A stretch of DNA of 64,000 nt from Squalus acanthias. Taxonomy: Eukaryota. Under the pieces are notes generated by a model that was given only the letters and a program-made list of their open reading frames with translations, did no database searches and was not told the DNA's origin. The translations under genes and the position numbers were made by a program. Numbering within the stretch: position 1 is the first letter of the stretch; each line of letters opens with the position of its first letter. Positions 1 through 11,393 of this stretch are shown piece after piece. The stretch lies in assembly GCA_030390025.1 (NCBI GenBank), contig CM059433.1, forward strand, positions 17,548,001 through 17,612,000. The letters run 5' to 3'.

Positions 1-1165
1 TAATATAGAAAAAATGTCCCAAGGCGTAAAGGCATTAGACAAAAATGGATGCTGAGCCAAAGAAGGGTGACCAAAAGCTTGATCAAAAGAGTGGGTTTTA
101 AGAATGGTCTTTGAAAGGAGGAGAAGGAGGTGAAGAGACAGAGAGGTGTAGGGAGGGAATTCCAGAACATGGAATCTAGGCGGGCTAAAGGCATGGCCAC
201 CAATGGTGGGGCAAAGAGGAGGTGGGTTCACAAAAGGCCAGAGTCAGAGGAATGGAGAGTTCAGGTGACGGGAGGGTTGTAGAGCTGGATGAAGTTATAG
301 AGATAGGGAGGCATGAGCCCATGAAGAGATTTAAACGCAAGGATGAAAATTTTAAATTAGAGACATTGGGGAACCAGGAACCAATATAAGACAGAGATGT
401 AAGGGGTGACGGGTGAGCTGGACTTGTTGTGGGATAGGATGCGGGCAGCAGAATTTGAGATGAGCTGAAGTTTGCAGAAGGTGGGAGATGTGAGACCATT
501 AGAATAGCTGAGTCTGGAGGTGACAAAGGCACGGATGAGGGTTTCAACGGCAGATGTGCTGAGGTAGCGGTGGAGGCAGGCATTGTTATGGAGGTAGAAG
601 TAGGCGCACTTTGTGATGGAGAAGATATGTGGCCTGCTTCTCTGGGTTGAACAGGATGCCAAGGTTGTGAACAGTCTGGTTCAACCTGAGACAAGGGAGT
701 GCAATTGGTGGCAAGGGTACAGAGTTTGTAACAGGGGCTGATTACAGTGGTTTCAGTCTTCTCAGTGTTTAACTGCAGGAAATAGCGGCTCATCCCACAC
801 AGAGAGACAGTGAAGCATTCGAGACAGGTGCAGGAGTGGTAGAATTGGGTGTCTTCAGCGTGCATGTGGAAGCCGATCCCATGTCCTGGGATGATGTCAT
901 CAAGGGGCAGCATGTAGATGAGGAAGAAGAAGGGACCAAAGGTAGATCATTTGGGGGACTCAGGAGGTAACATTGCAGCGGTGGGAAGAGAAGCCATTGC
1001 CGGAGATGGTCTAGCTATGATCGGGTAAATAAGAATGGAATTAAGCGAGGGCAGTTCTGCTGAGCTGGACAAAAGAAGAGAGTTATTGGAGAAGTATGGT
1101 GTGGTCCATCGTGTCAAAAGCTGCAGAGAGTTCAAGGAGGAAAAGGAGGGTTAATGCACTGTGGT
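1..1165 (-). mobile_element. Decayed L2-clade LINE, ORF2 RT/C-terminal part and 3' end
   Basis: Minus-strand peptides such as YLSTSAVETLIRAFVTSRLSYSNG..KLQLISNSAARILS (ORF 357-662) are typical L2 ORF2 C-terminus; many frameshifts; similar to other L2 copies in window. Confidence 0.8.
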
Positions 1166-1169
1166 CAAC

Positions 1170-1961
1170 AAATCCATTCCCTAGCCATCGACTCCATCCC
1201 TCTCCCTAGCCACTGTCTGAGGCTGAACCAAATTGTTCGGAATCTTGGGGTCCTATTTGACCCTGAGCTGAACTTCTGACCCCATATCCTCTTCATGCCC
1301 AAGACTACCTACTTTCACCTTCGTAATATCGCCTGTCTCCGCCCCTGCCTCAGCTCATCTGCTGCTGAAACCCCTCATCCGTGCCTTTATTTACCTCTAG
1401 ACTCTATTGCTCTCCAGGCTGGCCTCCCACGTCTACCCTCTGTAAACTTGAGCTCATCCAAAACTCTGCTGCCTGTATCCTGACTTGCACCTATGCCCGA
1501 TCACCCATCCACCCCTGTGCTCACTGACCAACATTGGCTCCCGATCCGGCAACACCTCGATTTTAGAATTTAGATCCTTGTGTTCAAATCTCTCCATTGC
1601 CCCGCCCCTCCCTATCTCTATAACCTCCTGCAGCCCTATAACCCTCCGAGATCTCTGCGCTCCTCCAATCCTGGCCTGTTGCACATCCCTGATTTTAAAC
1701 GCTCCACCATTGGTGGCCATGCCATCAACTGCCTATGACCTAAGCTCTGGAATTCTTTCCCTAAAGCTCTCCACCTCTCTAGTTCTCTCGCCTCCTTTAA
1801 GACGCTCCTTAAAACCTACCTCTTTGACCAAGCTTTTGGTCACCCGTCTGAATATCTCCTTATGTGGCTCAGTGCCAAATTTTGTTTGATAATCGCTCCT
1901 GTGAAGCGCCTTGGGACGTTTTACTTCGTTAAAGGCACGATATAAATGCAAGTTGTTGTTG
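1170..1961 (+). mobile_element. 5'-truncated L2 LINE 3' fragment with (TTG)n tail
   Basis: KTTYFHLRNIACLRPCLSSSAAET peptide; 3' end GGCACGATATAAATGCAAGTTGTTGTTG; lies between two minus-strand L2 pieces. Confidence 0.85.
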
Positions 1962-1964
1962 CAA

Positions 1965-2410
1965 TAACAGATGGGTTGAGTGTTTTTTTTAAGGAGTGGA
2001 GCATGATGACAACAGTTTTGAAAGGGAGGGCACAGTACCTGAGGAAAGGAAGCCATTTACAATGTCAGCTAACACGGGAGCCAGAAAGTCAAATTAGGTG
2101 GTCAGCAGTTTAGGGCGAAGTGGGGTCAAGGCAGCAACATGTAGGCCTCATGAACAAGATCAACCCGTAGAGGGCACAGAGAAAATGGAAGAGAAACTAG
2201 AAAAGTTTAGGGCTTGGACAAGGGGAATCTGGGGGAGGTTTGGAGCTTTGTGGGTACAGGGAAGGGGGAGAGGCAGCAGAGGCAGCCGAATTGATGGCCT
2301 GAATCTTAGTGACTAAGAAATCCATGAGCTCCTTACACTTGTTGGAGGTCACAGTGGAGGGGTTTAAGGAGACAGTTGGTGACGGAAAAAAGAAGCCAGT
2401 ATTTTACAAA
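1965..2410 (-). mobile_element. Decayed L2 ORF2 internal fragment, probably continuation of the 1-1165 element
   Basis: Purine-rich + strand; shares GGGGTTTAAGGAGACAGTTGGT..GAAAA block with L2 piece at 5410-5530. Confidence 0.55.
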
Positions 2411-2489
2411 GACAAAGTGGGCCATTTTCTGTGGGTGAACTGGATTTTTAATTCCAGATCTGCTGTGACAGAAAGAAAGCAGTGAATAC

Positions 2490-2885
2490 CATGCTTCATT
2501 TTCGTCATACTCTCCCTAGTCTTGCTCACTCAACATCTCTAACCTTCCCTAATTGCTATGTTCCAGCTCACAGTCACCACTCATCTAACTCCAATCTATT
2601 GTTTGTTCTCATATACCTCCGCTTCACCATTAGTGCCAGAGTCTTCAGCCATCATGCGCTTGCAGTCTGTAATTCCCACCCTTGTCCCATCCACCATACG
2701 ACATCTCTCCTTGCTTTCAAAAGCTTCCATGGAACTTACATTTTTTAACCATGTTTTTCATCACTTCCCGTAACTCTTCTTCCAGCTCTTCTTCTTTGTG
2801 TTTAATTGTCATCCCTCCATTTCCCCATGAAACTCCTTGAGATGATTTGCTGTATTAAAAGCCCATTGTAAGTGCCAGTAGGGTT
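2490..2885 (+). mobile_element. Highly decayed L2 3' fragment
   Basis: CACCATTAGTGCCAGAGTCTTCAGCCATC..GTAATTCCC resembles L2 3' block CACCATTGGTGGCCGTGCCTTCAGC..CTGGAATTCCC. Confidence 0.45.
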
Positions 2886-3007
2886 ATAAATAGAGAGGCT
2901 TTCTCATCTGGTAAATAGTCTTAGTGCCAATTATAGCTTTAATAAGCACTAAGATAGCATTTTATTTTTAAATCATTGTGAATGCTTGCTGTGTTAGATG
3001 TTGGGGG

Positions 3008-3360
3008 AATGTTAGATGCTGGGAGAATGTTTCCCTTGGCTGGGGAGTCTGGAACCAGGGGCCACAGCCTCAGGATAAAGGGTAGGCCATTCAGGACTGA
3101 GATGAGAAGAAATTTCTTCACACAGAGGGTGGTGAATCTTTGGAATCCGCTACCCCAGAGGGCTGTGGAGGCTCAATCATTGGGTATATCCAAAACAGAA
3201 GTCGATAGATTTCTGACTAGTAAAGGCATCAAGGGATATGGCGATAGGGCCGGTGAATGGAGTTGAGGCAGAAGATCAGCCATGATCTCATTGAATGGCG
3301 GAGCAGGCTCCATGGGCCGAATGGCCTACTCCTGCTCCTATTTCTTATGTTCTTATGTTT
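3008..3360 (+). mobile_element. CR1 LINE 3' fragment
   Basis: RMFPLAGESGTRGHSLRIKGRPFRTEMRRNFFTQRVVNLWN = CR1 ORF2 C-terminus; 3' UTR with (TTCTTATG)n tail. Confidence 0.9.
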
Positions 3361-3774
3361 GGGGAAGATTTCTTCTGTGCACGAGACATGGTGCAATCAT
3401 GGGTGCATTTCTATAGAATAGGTTTACAGCCCTGCCACACCCAGTGCACAGAGGAAATCTTCACTCAGAGGGGTAAATTTTTGCTTCCACTGCATGTGCG
3501 GTAATCTAGTAAAATGAATCACCCGTCCGTTATCGAACATAATTGGATTTTCAAAGCTGGACTGGTTCTAGAGCGGGCAGGCGATCCACTCTGTCGGATT
3601 GCTGCCCGTGCAGTGAAGACAGAAGTGTAACCCCCGCAGTTGCAGTGTGAAGCTGCCGTGGCAGTAAGACTGCAGAGCAAGTTTTTTCACGGCTGCTCCA
3701 GTCAAGGGTCGCCTGCTAATTCTCCGCATCTCTTCAAAACGGTCTTTGTCAGTCTGGTGCGAAAATGAAAGGAA

Positions 3775-3980
3775 AAACTGCACCTGCTACAAATCTGAAA
3801 TCAAAATCTGAAAATTCTGGAAAAACGCAGCAGGAGAAAGGAAAAGATCGGTCCGTGGTTTTTTTTTGTACGTGACCTGATGCCAGAGTTCTGATGAAAA
3901 GCCGCACCTGAAACGCTGGCCTAATCTCTTTCAGATGGTGGCTGACCTGCTGCACCTTTCCAGCATGTTTCGTTTTCTTT
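3775..3980. mobile_element. Decayed Penelope-like terminal-repeat remnant (inverted pair)
   Basis: Left AAATCTGAAATC..CTGGAAAAACGCAGCAGG and right CCTGCTGCACCTTTCCAGCATGTTTCG are inverted; degenerate CTGATGA..CCTGAAACG; same family as 24725 and 35368 copies. Confidence 0.55.
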
Positions 3981-5061
3981 TACTTGCGTCTTGTGTTGTT
4001 ACTGTCAGCCCGTACTGTAACCCTGTGACCCACCACAGTCTCTGCTATACCTTGTACTGCTTGCTTTCTCTTATTGATGGAGAAATCATTCTCTCTGCGA
4101 CACGCCCCTAGCTGTAACATAAGACAGCACAATAGAGAGGAGCTGGTACTCTTTTGTCTGGGTGGAAATGAATTGGTTGTCTCAGGTTTATGACATAAGA
4201 TGAGGGGCGTCACTTTTGCTGTTGCTGCTGCTGCATAATGGCTGTGTTTATTTTCCCTTTCAGCAGTCCAGTTGAATGAAGTGCCCTTATGGCACGTCAA
4301 CCAGTTTAAATCTGCGCTGCTTTCCTCTTCCTTTTGTGCTGCAAATACAGTTTTGTCTCTGTGCAGTGTTGACCGAGTCAACTGAACCATTCAGTAGACA
4401 GGACAAAAGAAACTCCAAACCTGTGTTCATCACATCGAGACTTTTTTTTCCAGCTGATTACCTCAGTATTTATCTTGTCTCCGATTAAACGCATTCAGCA
4501 TTATAGAGGCAATACATTTTTGGATGTAATGGTCGCTGTGAGACCTGCACCACATTCAGGTTACATTTTAGCTGACGTGAAATAATATTCTTACACAAAT
4601 AGCCATGAACTAAGAGTAGCTTTTGATTGAATCAGCGCCATAATGCAGGTGCTGAGGCTGTGTGCAGTGTGGTGTTAGTTGGTAGAAAGTATTGAGCAAG
4701 ACATTGTTGGAAGTGTTCCGGGGAGTTAAAAGTAAGGACTCGAATTGTTCTTCAATGATGTATTCTCAAGGCTGAATGTCCAGAACTGCTATTGGGATTT
4801 TTTAGTGTGTCTATTTTGTACTTGTGTGAAGCATTTTATTTTCAGGCTGTCATCTTTGAATAGTAGCAGGGTTTTGTCTGAATTTAACCAACATTAGAAC
4901 TGCTGTCCCATCGTCAGCACACTTAACCCTATCCTTAATGAGCCTACAGCTGTGACATTACCCTTTTTCTAATTATTCAATAAATTGCTGAGGTGTGACA
5001 GATTATGGTTCAGTAATGAGTAGTCTATTGCCCAATACGTTTTACAGCTGCTTATAGTGTC

Positions 5062-5401
5062 TTAACCTCCTCCAGGCCTACAATCCTCCGAGAACCATGC
5101 GTCCTTCCAACTCTAGCCTCTTTTCCATCCTTCACTTCCTTTGCCCCACCATTGGTGGCCGTGCCTTCAACCATCTAGGCCCTAAGCTCTGGAATTCCCT
5201 CCCAAAACCTCTCCTCCTCGTCACCTCTCTTTTTTCCTTAAAAAACCTCCTTAAAATCTCTTTGACCAAGCTTTTGATTACCACTCCTAAAATCTTCTCC
5301 TTTGGCTCGGCATCTGTTTTGGTCTGATTACACCTCTGTGAAGCACCTTGGGACGTTTCTCTACATTCAAGGCACTATATAAAAGGAAGTTGTTGTTGTT
5401 G
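5062..5401 (+). mobile_element. L2 LINE 3' fragment
   Basis: TIGGRAFNHLGPKLWNSLP peptide; GGCACTATATAAAAGGAAGTTGTTGTTG tail. Confidence 0.85.
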
Positions 5402-5409
5402 TACACTTT

Positions 5410-6250
5410 GCAGTCCATGAGCTCCTCTCACTTGTTGTTGGCGGTTAGGATGGAGGGGGCAGGAAAGAGGGGTTTAAGGAGACAGTTGGTAGTGGAGAAA
5501 AGAACCCAGGAATTATCTTTTGTCTGCAAGATGACCCTGGAGTAGTGGTGGTTTTGACAGAGGAGAAAGAGACCTGATAGTGCTCGATGTGGTCCAGTCA
5601 GATTTGGTGATGGATGGCTAAACTAGTTGTCCACCAGATATGCTTATCTGTGCCCCTTGGACTTGAGGATGTGAAGATGGGGGTCGTACCAGGGGGAGAA
5701 ACCAACATGGCAGAGAGTAAAGGCGTTACTGGGGACAAGGGCATCAAAAGTGGAGCAGGGGAATGGTTGATCAGATTGACAGATGCAGAAGTATCATGAT
5801 GAATGGAAGGCCAAAGGCTAGGCAGCTGGCAGCTTGAAAGTGCAGTTGTGAGTTTTTTCCAGGGGCAGGTGCGGAAGAGGGAGAGTGATTGGTGGGGGAT
5901 TAAAGGAAGTGACCGGAGATGGCCTTGTCTGTAACCAAGACCATGGGAGTAGAGACGCCAAGACCAAGGGGGTGGTCATCAATATGTGTAGGAAAGGTTA
6001 AATGGTGGGAGAGGTTCAGGAAGGACAAAAGGGAAGTGAAAGGAGAGGAGATTTAAATCACTGAGGATGAGGAGTCGCTCAGTGCAGAGGCTGAGGGAGA
6101 AAAGGAGGGAGGATAGCTCCTTGAGAAAATCAGAATGGGGATTGGGGTACAGAATGAGCACTTTAAATGAGAGGTGAGAGTCGAAGGTACCAGAGGAGGA
6201 GGGGGAGAGACAAAGGTTCAATTTGGTGATAAGTTCCACACAGAGCAGAG
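5410..6250 (-). mobile_element. Decayed L2 ORF2, apurinic-endonuclease region
   Basis: SFKVLILYPNPHSDFLKELSSLLFSLSLCTERLLILSDLNL matches APE motifs YRPP..F..E..LLILGDFN. Confidence 0.7.
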
Positions 6251-7010
6251 GTGCACCTCCTGGCTCCAAAGCAGTCCCAAGGACCATTGCCGGCCCTTAC
6301 TAGGGCCCCTCATGATCGCTTCCCCCTCCCTTCCAGGACCTACCTGGGAGCCGCTGCCGGCATCACAGCGGACCAACCAAAATTGGTGTCTGCTTCGCTG
6401 GCGAGCTGCGTGGGGACACAGCTCGATGGTCTAACTTAAATGAGGTCCAACACCCAATTTCAATCAGGCCTCGGGCCTACCTGGACAGGAAGGGCTCGAT
6501 TTTGCCAGGCACGAGGAGGCGGGTTTGGAGGCGCGTGAGGTGGTAAAATCGCAAAAAATGGCGTGCAGGCCCGATCCCGCCTCCGAGCATTTTTCCCAGA
6601 ATCGTGGTTTCAGACCCCGTTTCCATCCCGCCTCCAAGAGGTGGGATAGGCCCTTAAGGCCCTTAACAACCACTTAATTGCCTCTATAATCCAATTTTGA
6701 GAGGCCTTTCTGATTTTTAGACATTTCCCCCATCCTACACGCCTCCTCTGGAACACGCCAGGCAATCCTGGTGGCCTCACAAGTGGATTGCTTACTAAGC
6801 ACTGCAGCTCCATCATTAAAAAGGAGTTTTCAGCAATCATCATTCGCAGGTGGCAGAATTTTGTTGTCTCAGGTCTGGGGGAACTTTTAGCAGGCCTACT
6901 CATTGTTGTGGAAGTTTGGAGCCTGACACCCATCTCCAGTGTGACCTCCTGGAAAACCCCTCTCCCCACCTTGACTGAGCGCTTCCTCAACTGAGGTATA
7001 TAGCAGAAGC

Positions 7011-7229
7011 ATGGGAACCATTTATTTCCTTTCCTCCTGGACATCAGATTCGGATGAAGACCGGCTGCGGCAGCAGCAGAACCCGGAACAACAGCAGCAC
7101 CAACAGCAGGAGCAACAACAGGAGCGCCAAGCTGCTGCTCACCCACCTGAAGGCCAGAAGGCGCCAACGAGCGACCACATTGCTGGCCGGGATGCAAGGG
7201 ACGCACTCATCTTGGCCAGATTTGCTTAG
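7011..7229 (+). pseudogene. Harbinger transposase remnant: N-terminus fused in frame to C-terminus, DDE core absent (72 aa)
   Basis: Occupies the transposase position opposite the Myb gene; ends GRDARDALILARFA*, resembling the G..R..LI..F C-terminus of Harbinger transposases; Gln-rich junction. Confidence 0.6.
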
Positions 7230-7569
7230 CCTGCACAATCAAACACTTTTGTCTCGCACCTTCTTACCAGAGCATCGACAATGGACAAGAACCTGCGGAT
7301 TCCTATCACTCTGACCACCATACTGACAATTGCAAGTCGCCCTAAGCCCTCAATGTGAAAGTCCCATTTGCGAAATGACACAGGCCACAACTTCAACAGT
7401 TTGCCATCAAATCTGTTTATGATACCATGACAAGGATGGCTGGTCCAAATACAATACAACACAGCACCCAAGTGACTACTCTTGTGACTACTTGTGCTTT
7501 ATCTTCCTCTTACGCGTGCTCCTACGTGGTGCTTCCCCTGTGGCTTCAGCAGATGTGGAGGCCCCTTGC

Positions 7570-9405
7570 TCACTTTCTTGCTGCTCCTGTCTCGACGCCT
7601 TTGGCGGGCGTCCTCTGGGGTTGCGAACCTGTGAGGGCTCGGCAACAGTCTGCTGCTCCTGCGGCTGTGCAGGGGCTGGTCATGTGAGCGCTTGGAGAGG
7701 AGCCCCCACTTCCTTGTTGTCTACCACCAACATCCCTCTCATGGGTCAGCCCCACTTCAGAGCTAGCAAGTGGCTTGACAGCACCTTGCTGCACTTCAGG
7801 GGGGCCATGAGGACCCGTTTCTGCACTGGAAGTCCTACTACAGAGGACTTGCATGAAGGTCTGGTTTGTTTGCTCAATAGCTGACCATCGCTCCTCAAGA
7901 GATGTCATTCTATTCTGAACAATGACCATGTTTTCCATACCCAGGCGACTTAGCTCCTCCATGGCCGTAGCCATCCTCTCCTCTACCATAGCCATCCTCT
8001 CCTCTATGGTAGCCAGCCTTACCACGGCGGTAGCCATCCTTTCCACGGAGGTTGCCATCCTTTCCGCAGTGATGCGTTCATGCGACAATGCCTCCACAAA
8101 GGCTCTGGTCATGTTAGCGATGGACTCCTCCATTCGCTCCACACTCGCAGCGACCCTGGAGACAAAACCTGCCAGAGACTCCTGCACCTGTTCCTGGAGT
8201 TCCAGCACCGCTCTCCTTCTGGATGGACCCGGAGGCACAGGGTCGACATGCAGCGGAGCCGAGCTGGCAGAGTCCTGCACCCTCCGACGAGGACTCTCCA
8301 CTGCTGTCCCTGTCTCCACCATCTGCTGATGCTCACTTGTGAGCTGTGATACACCAGGTGCCAACACTACTCTATCTCGCAAAGGTCCCACTGAGGTGTG
8401 AATGCCTGCGCTGGTGCTGGGTGCGCTGAATTCTGCTGATGCTGCGCCCTCAGAGGTTGCAGCTTCCTCTGAGGAGTCTGGAAGCTCAGGCTGTTCCTCC
8501 TGGACAGTGGGGACGGGGGCTTTCGATGGTCCTGTGGGGAGTAAATGAAAGAGTTAGAGATGTGAGGTCAAGGTTACATGCACATTGAATAGTGTAGATG
8601 ATCATAAGTCAATCTGTTGGAGCATCAGAATCATTATCAGTGACTCATGCAATGTCAATGAGAGAGATGCCAAACTATTCTGTCACCAGCTTGCTGTGAT
8701 GCGCCCGTCTGTCCGTCCCCGACTTGGGAATCCTCCTCGATCCCGGCGATTTCCAGGGCCGCCTCCTCCCAGGGGGTGAGCTGGGCTACTGAGGGTGGCC
8801 CTCCTCCTGTCATGGCTCTTTCCCTCTTATTGTGGGCTCTCTTTTCCTGCAATGAGAGACACAAGTGGAATTTGAGTGAGAATGAAGGAGTGAGTGTAGA
8901 GAATGCATAGCATAGATGCTTAGAAGGAGACAAAGGGCCCTCTCTGTGTGTTGTAAGTTGTTGTTGTTGCATCACAGTGATAGGGAGTGTGAGGGCTACA
9001 TGGTTGAATAGTTAAGTGAATGTGACCATAGAGAGAGAGGGAATGGGTAAGGGTGCAGGGATGTCAGTGTCAAATGGGATGTGGAGGAAGAGGTTGGCAA
9101 AGCAGAGTGCTGGTGAGGAGAAGCGATGGGGATCAGATTGAGGGTGATGGGAAAGTCATACTCACTTTTCCTGTGCGGAGAAGGTCATGAAACCTCTTCC
9201 TGCATTGCAGCCAGGTTCTGTGGCTCATCAATATGGAGTTGACCTCCTGGGCCACTTGCAGCCACACAGCTTTAGTCTGCTGGGGTGGCTTTTTTCTCCC
9301 TGAGGAAGGGAAGAGCACCTCCTTATTCAATCTTTCTCCCTCCACCAGAGCTTGGAGGGAGGGCTCATCGAAGTGTGGAGCATACCTTTGCCTACTGGTG
9401 GACAT
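7570..9405 (-). CDS. Spliced Myb/SANT-like (trihelix) DNA-binding protein of Harbinger; exons 9405-9166, 8846-8687, 8531-7570; 453 aa
   Basis: Exon 1 has APHF..LQALV..EVLF..KAVWLQVAQEVN..RTWLQCRKRFHDL; canonical GT/AG sites (GTGAGT, TTGCAG, GTGACA, CCACAG); phases 0 and 1 join into one open frame of 1362 nt; C-terminal tail probably frameshifted. Confidence 0.8.
7967..8071 (-). repeat. Five 21-bp tandem units encoding heptad (ERMATxV-like) coiled-coil repeats
   Basis: + strand units GTAGCCATCCTCTCCTCTACC / ATAGCCATCCTCTCCTCTATG / GTAGCCAGCCTTACCACGGCG / GTAGCCATCCTTTCCACGGAG / GTTGCCATCCTTTCCGCAGTG. Confidence 0.85.
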
Positions 9406-9744
9406 AGTCGATCAATGAATTCCTTACCACAATCACCATATGGTCTGCAGTTTCCAGAAGAAGCAAGGCTGCTTGCAGGCCTTAAATCCAGCAGGATTGA
9501 TGACGTCATCGGAGGCGACTTTCTGTGTGAAAAGACTCATTGGGCCATTGGTTCCCACACGCTGGAAATCAATTGCCCAATTAGGGGAAAATCGCACTTT
9601 TTCCCCACTTCACTTCGGAGTCGGGGTCCTGACACGAATGCCACCTGACACGCCCCAGCCCGCCCACACTGGCAAAATCGAGCCCAAAGTGTTCCTTGAG
9701 CTCAGTTCGTGGTGGCAAGCCAACGCTATTCAATTTCTACCCCG

Positions 9745-10483
9745 ATGAGAGAGTCGAAAGTTCAAGCCTGAGGTCCTTTGGCGGGATGAAGTTGACTTGT
9801 CGACAGGGTGCATTGGTGTACCAATGTCCAGGTTTGGAGAGATTTGTGGAGAGGGGAATGAATCCAGAAGCTGTTCGAGGGACGGCGTATCAGTGGCTGC
9901 ATTGCTGGCGATTGTCTATTGGAAACGGAGCGTCGAGCAGGAGTGCAGAGTTGACCATGATCCAGCAGAGGTTGGCCCAGGAGTCGAGTGAAAGTGCGGA
10001 CCGTCCTCCGGTGTTGGCAGTTCTGGTAGACCTTCTTCTTCTTACAGCAGAGAAGTAAATAGCAGAAGCAGTGAAACCCTAAGATACAGTAGCAGTGAAG
10101 CACCAAGAGCCAGGGAAGGATGAAAGGTAAATTCATGGGACCAATGCAGATGAGAGCGCTGGTCTGAGGAACAGCCATAGGGAAGTGAAGGGTACTCAAG
10201 ATTAGGAGGAGCGGTACTAGCTTGAGGAACCGATCCAACCAAGGCTGATGGAGGAATTCTGACGGATGACTGCAGTCAGCGGTCATTGAAAGCAAGTGAA
10301 AAGCAGCAAAGCAAAGATCATTCAGCAGCAAGGGGGAAGAATCCAGCACATGATGAGGGCCAGCAGGAACAGGTCAGAGCTAGTTCAGCATAGAGTGTGA
10401 AAAGCATGGTATTAGATGGCCAAGGATCGAGTTACAAAGGAGAGGAGCTCAGTAAGAAGCTGCCAGCGCAGAAGCCATCTTCC
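9745..10483 (-). mobile_element. Possible 5' region of the L2 element upstream of the APE fragment
   Basis: Same strand bias as 5410-6250; begins AAGATGGCTTCTGCGC on minus strand; no recognisable protein motif. Confidence 0.3.
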
Positions 10484-10569
10484 TAATAAAGTACTGTTTA
10501 AGTTGGTGAGTTTATTAAAAGTGGTTGCGAATATAAGACAAGATTGTTAAACTTCTAGGTATTCCTTAT

Positions 10570-10903
10570 CATTTCTTTTTCTCCGAATTTTCTCCTCTGC
10601 TAAGGTGCTTGCTGAGGTACAGTTCCATCATTGCCAGTTTTCCTCTATTACTCCATCTTGTTTGGTGTGAGCCTCAACAGGATATTTGACTGTGCAAGCA
10701 TCTGATCTTGTTCTCATCTACGCGTGTGATTCCAGCAGTGATTGCTGGATTGTGATCAGGAAGTTGGCCTAGCCCAGGGTGCTGTCGTGCCACTGTATCG
10801 CCACTCTGCATGAGAGCAGCCACCTCAGCGAAGACCAGGACTTGAAACTGGGGCTTTCTTGGCTCAGTTACTCATTGCTTGATGCAGCTGAGCTATTGAG
10901 CTT
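10570..10903 (-). mobile_element. Decayed tRNA-derived SINE (family also at 19690-20632, 22545-22900, 58730-59125)
   Basis: Minus-strand head TAGCTCAGCTG..GTTTCAAGTCC (A/B-box like) then GGTCTTCGCTGAGGTGGCTG; collinear with the other copies. Confidence 0.55.
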
Positions 10904-11393
10904 GCTAATAATTAGGTTTAATTTGCAATCTTGTTAGCTTGCTCCTAAATACACTGGTTTCTGCCGTCGACTGTGGCCCTTTCAGGATCACAGAGCTCTG
11001 AAATGGTGTTACTGTCCAGATCGTACCAGCAGCATGTTTGATGTCTTCGCGATGATTCCTGCAAGTTGGCGACGTCATTACACCAGCTGCAAAAGGACTC
11101 CCTGCTGATTTCCATCGGAAATAAGAGGACTTCCAGAATGATTCCCAGATTAGCTTTTGGGGCTGTTCTTTGTTAGATACTCCCATGTGTTTATGTAAAA
11201 GTAATTATATATAGATGCAGCATCTTCCATGCTGCAGTTATAATGACGTGTACGTGATGATGACTTTGATGAAAGTTAAATAAAGCACAACCAAAATGAT
11301 TTGATCAGCACGATTGCATATCATCACTCCACTTCCTGTTGAAGTTAGGTTGAAGCAGAGAATATAAGGAACTAGAAAAAAACCCAAACAGCT

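Larger units (their letters stand above)
6492..9685. mobile_element. Non-autonomous PIF/Harbinger DNA transposon (3194 bp) with Myb/SANT gene and internally deleted transposase
   Basis: Perfect 17-bp TIR GGGCTCGATTTTGCCAG (6492-6508) / CTGGCAAAATCGAGCCC (9669-9685); two convergent genes as in Harbinger; 3-bp flanks GAA/AAA (imperfect TSD). Confidence 0.88.

Noticed and set aside
3470..3720. Possible MITE starting GGGGTAAATTT
   Set aside because: No convincing right TIR or TSD
7967..8071. CRISPR-like periodic repeat
   Set aside because: Contiguous 21-bp units without spacers inside a eukaryotic coding exon; no cas genes
6250..9743. Possible outer MITE (6250-6490 plus 9689-9743 ending AATTTCTACCCC) hosting the Harbinger
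   Set aside because: Only one TIR-like end visible and no TSD, so boundaries cannot be supported
9762..10349. 195-aa minus-strand ORF
   Set aside because: Low-complexity, no motif; probably decayed LINE 5' sequence
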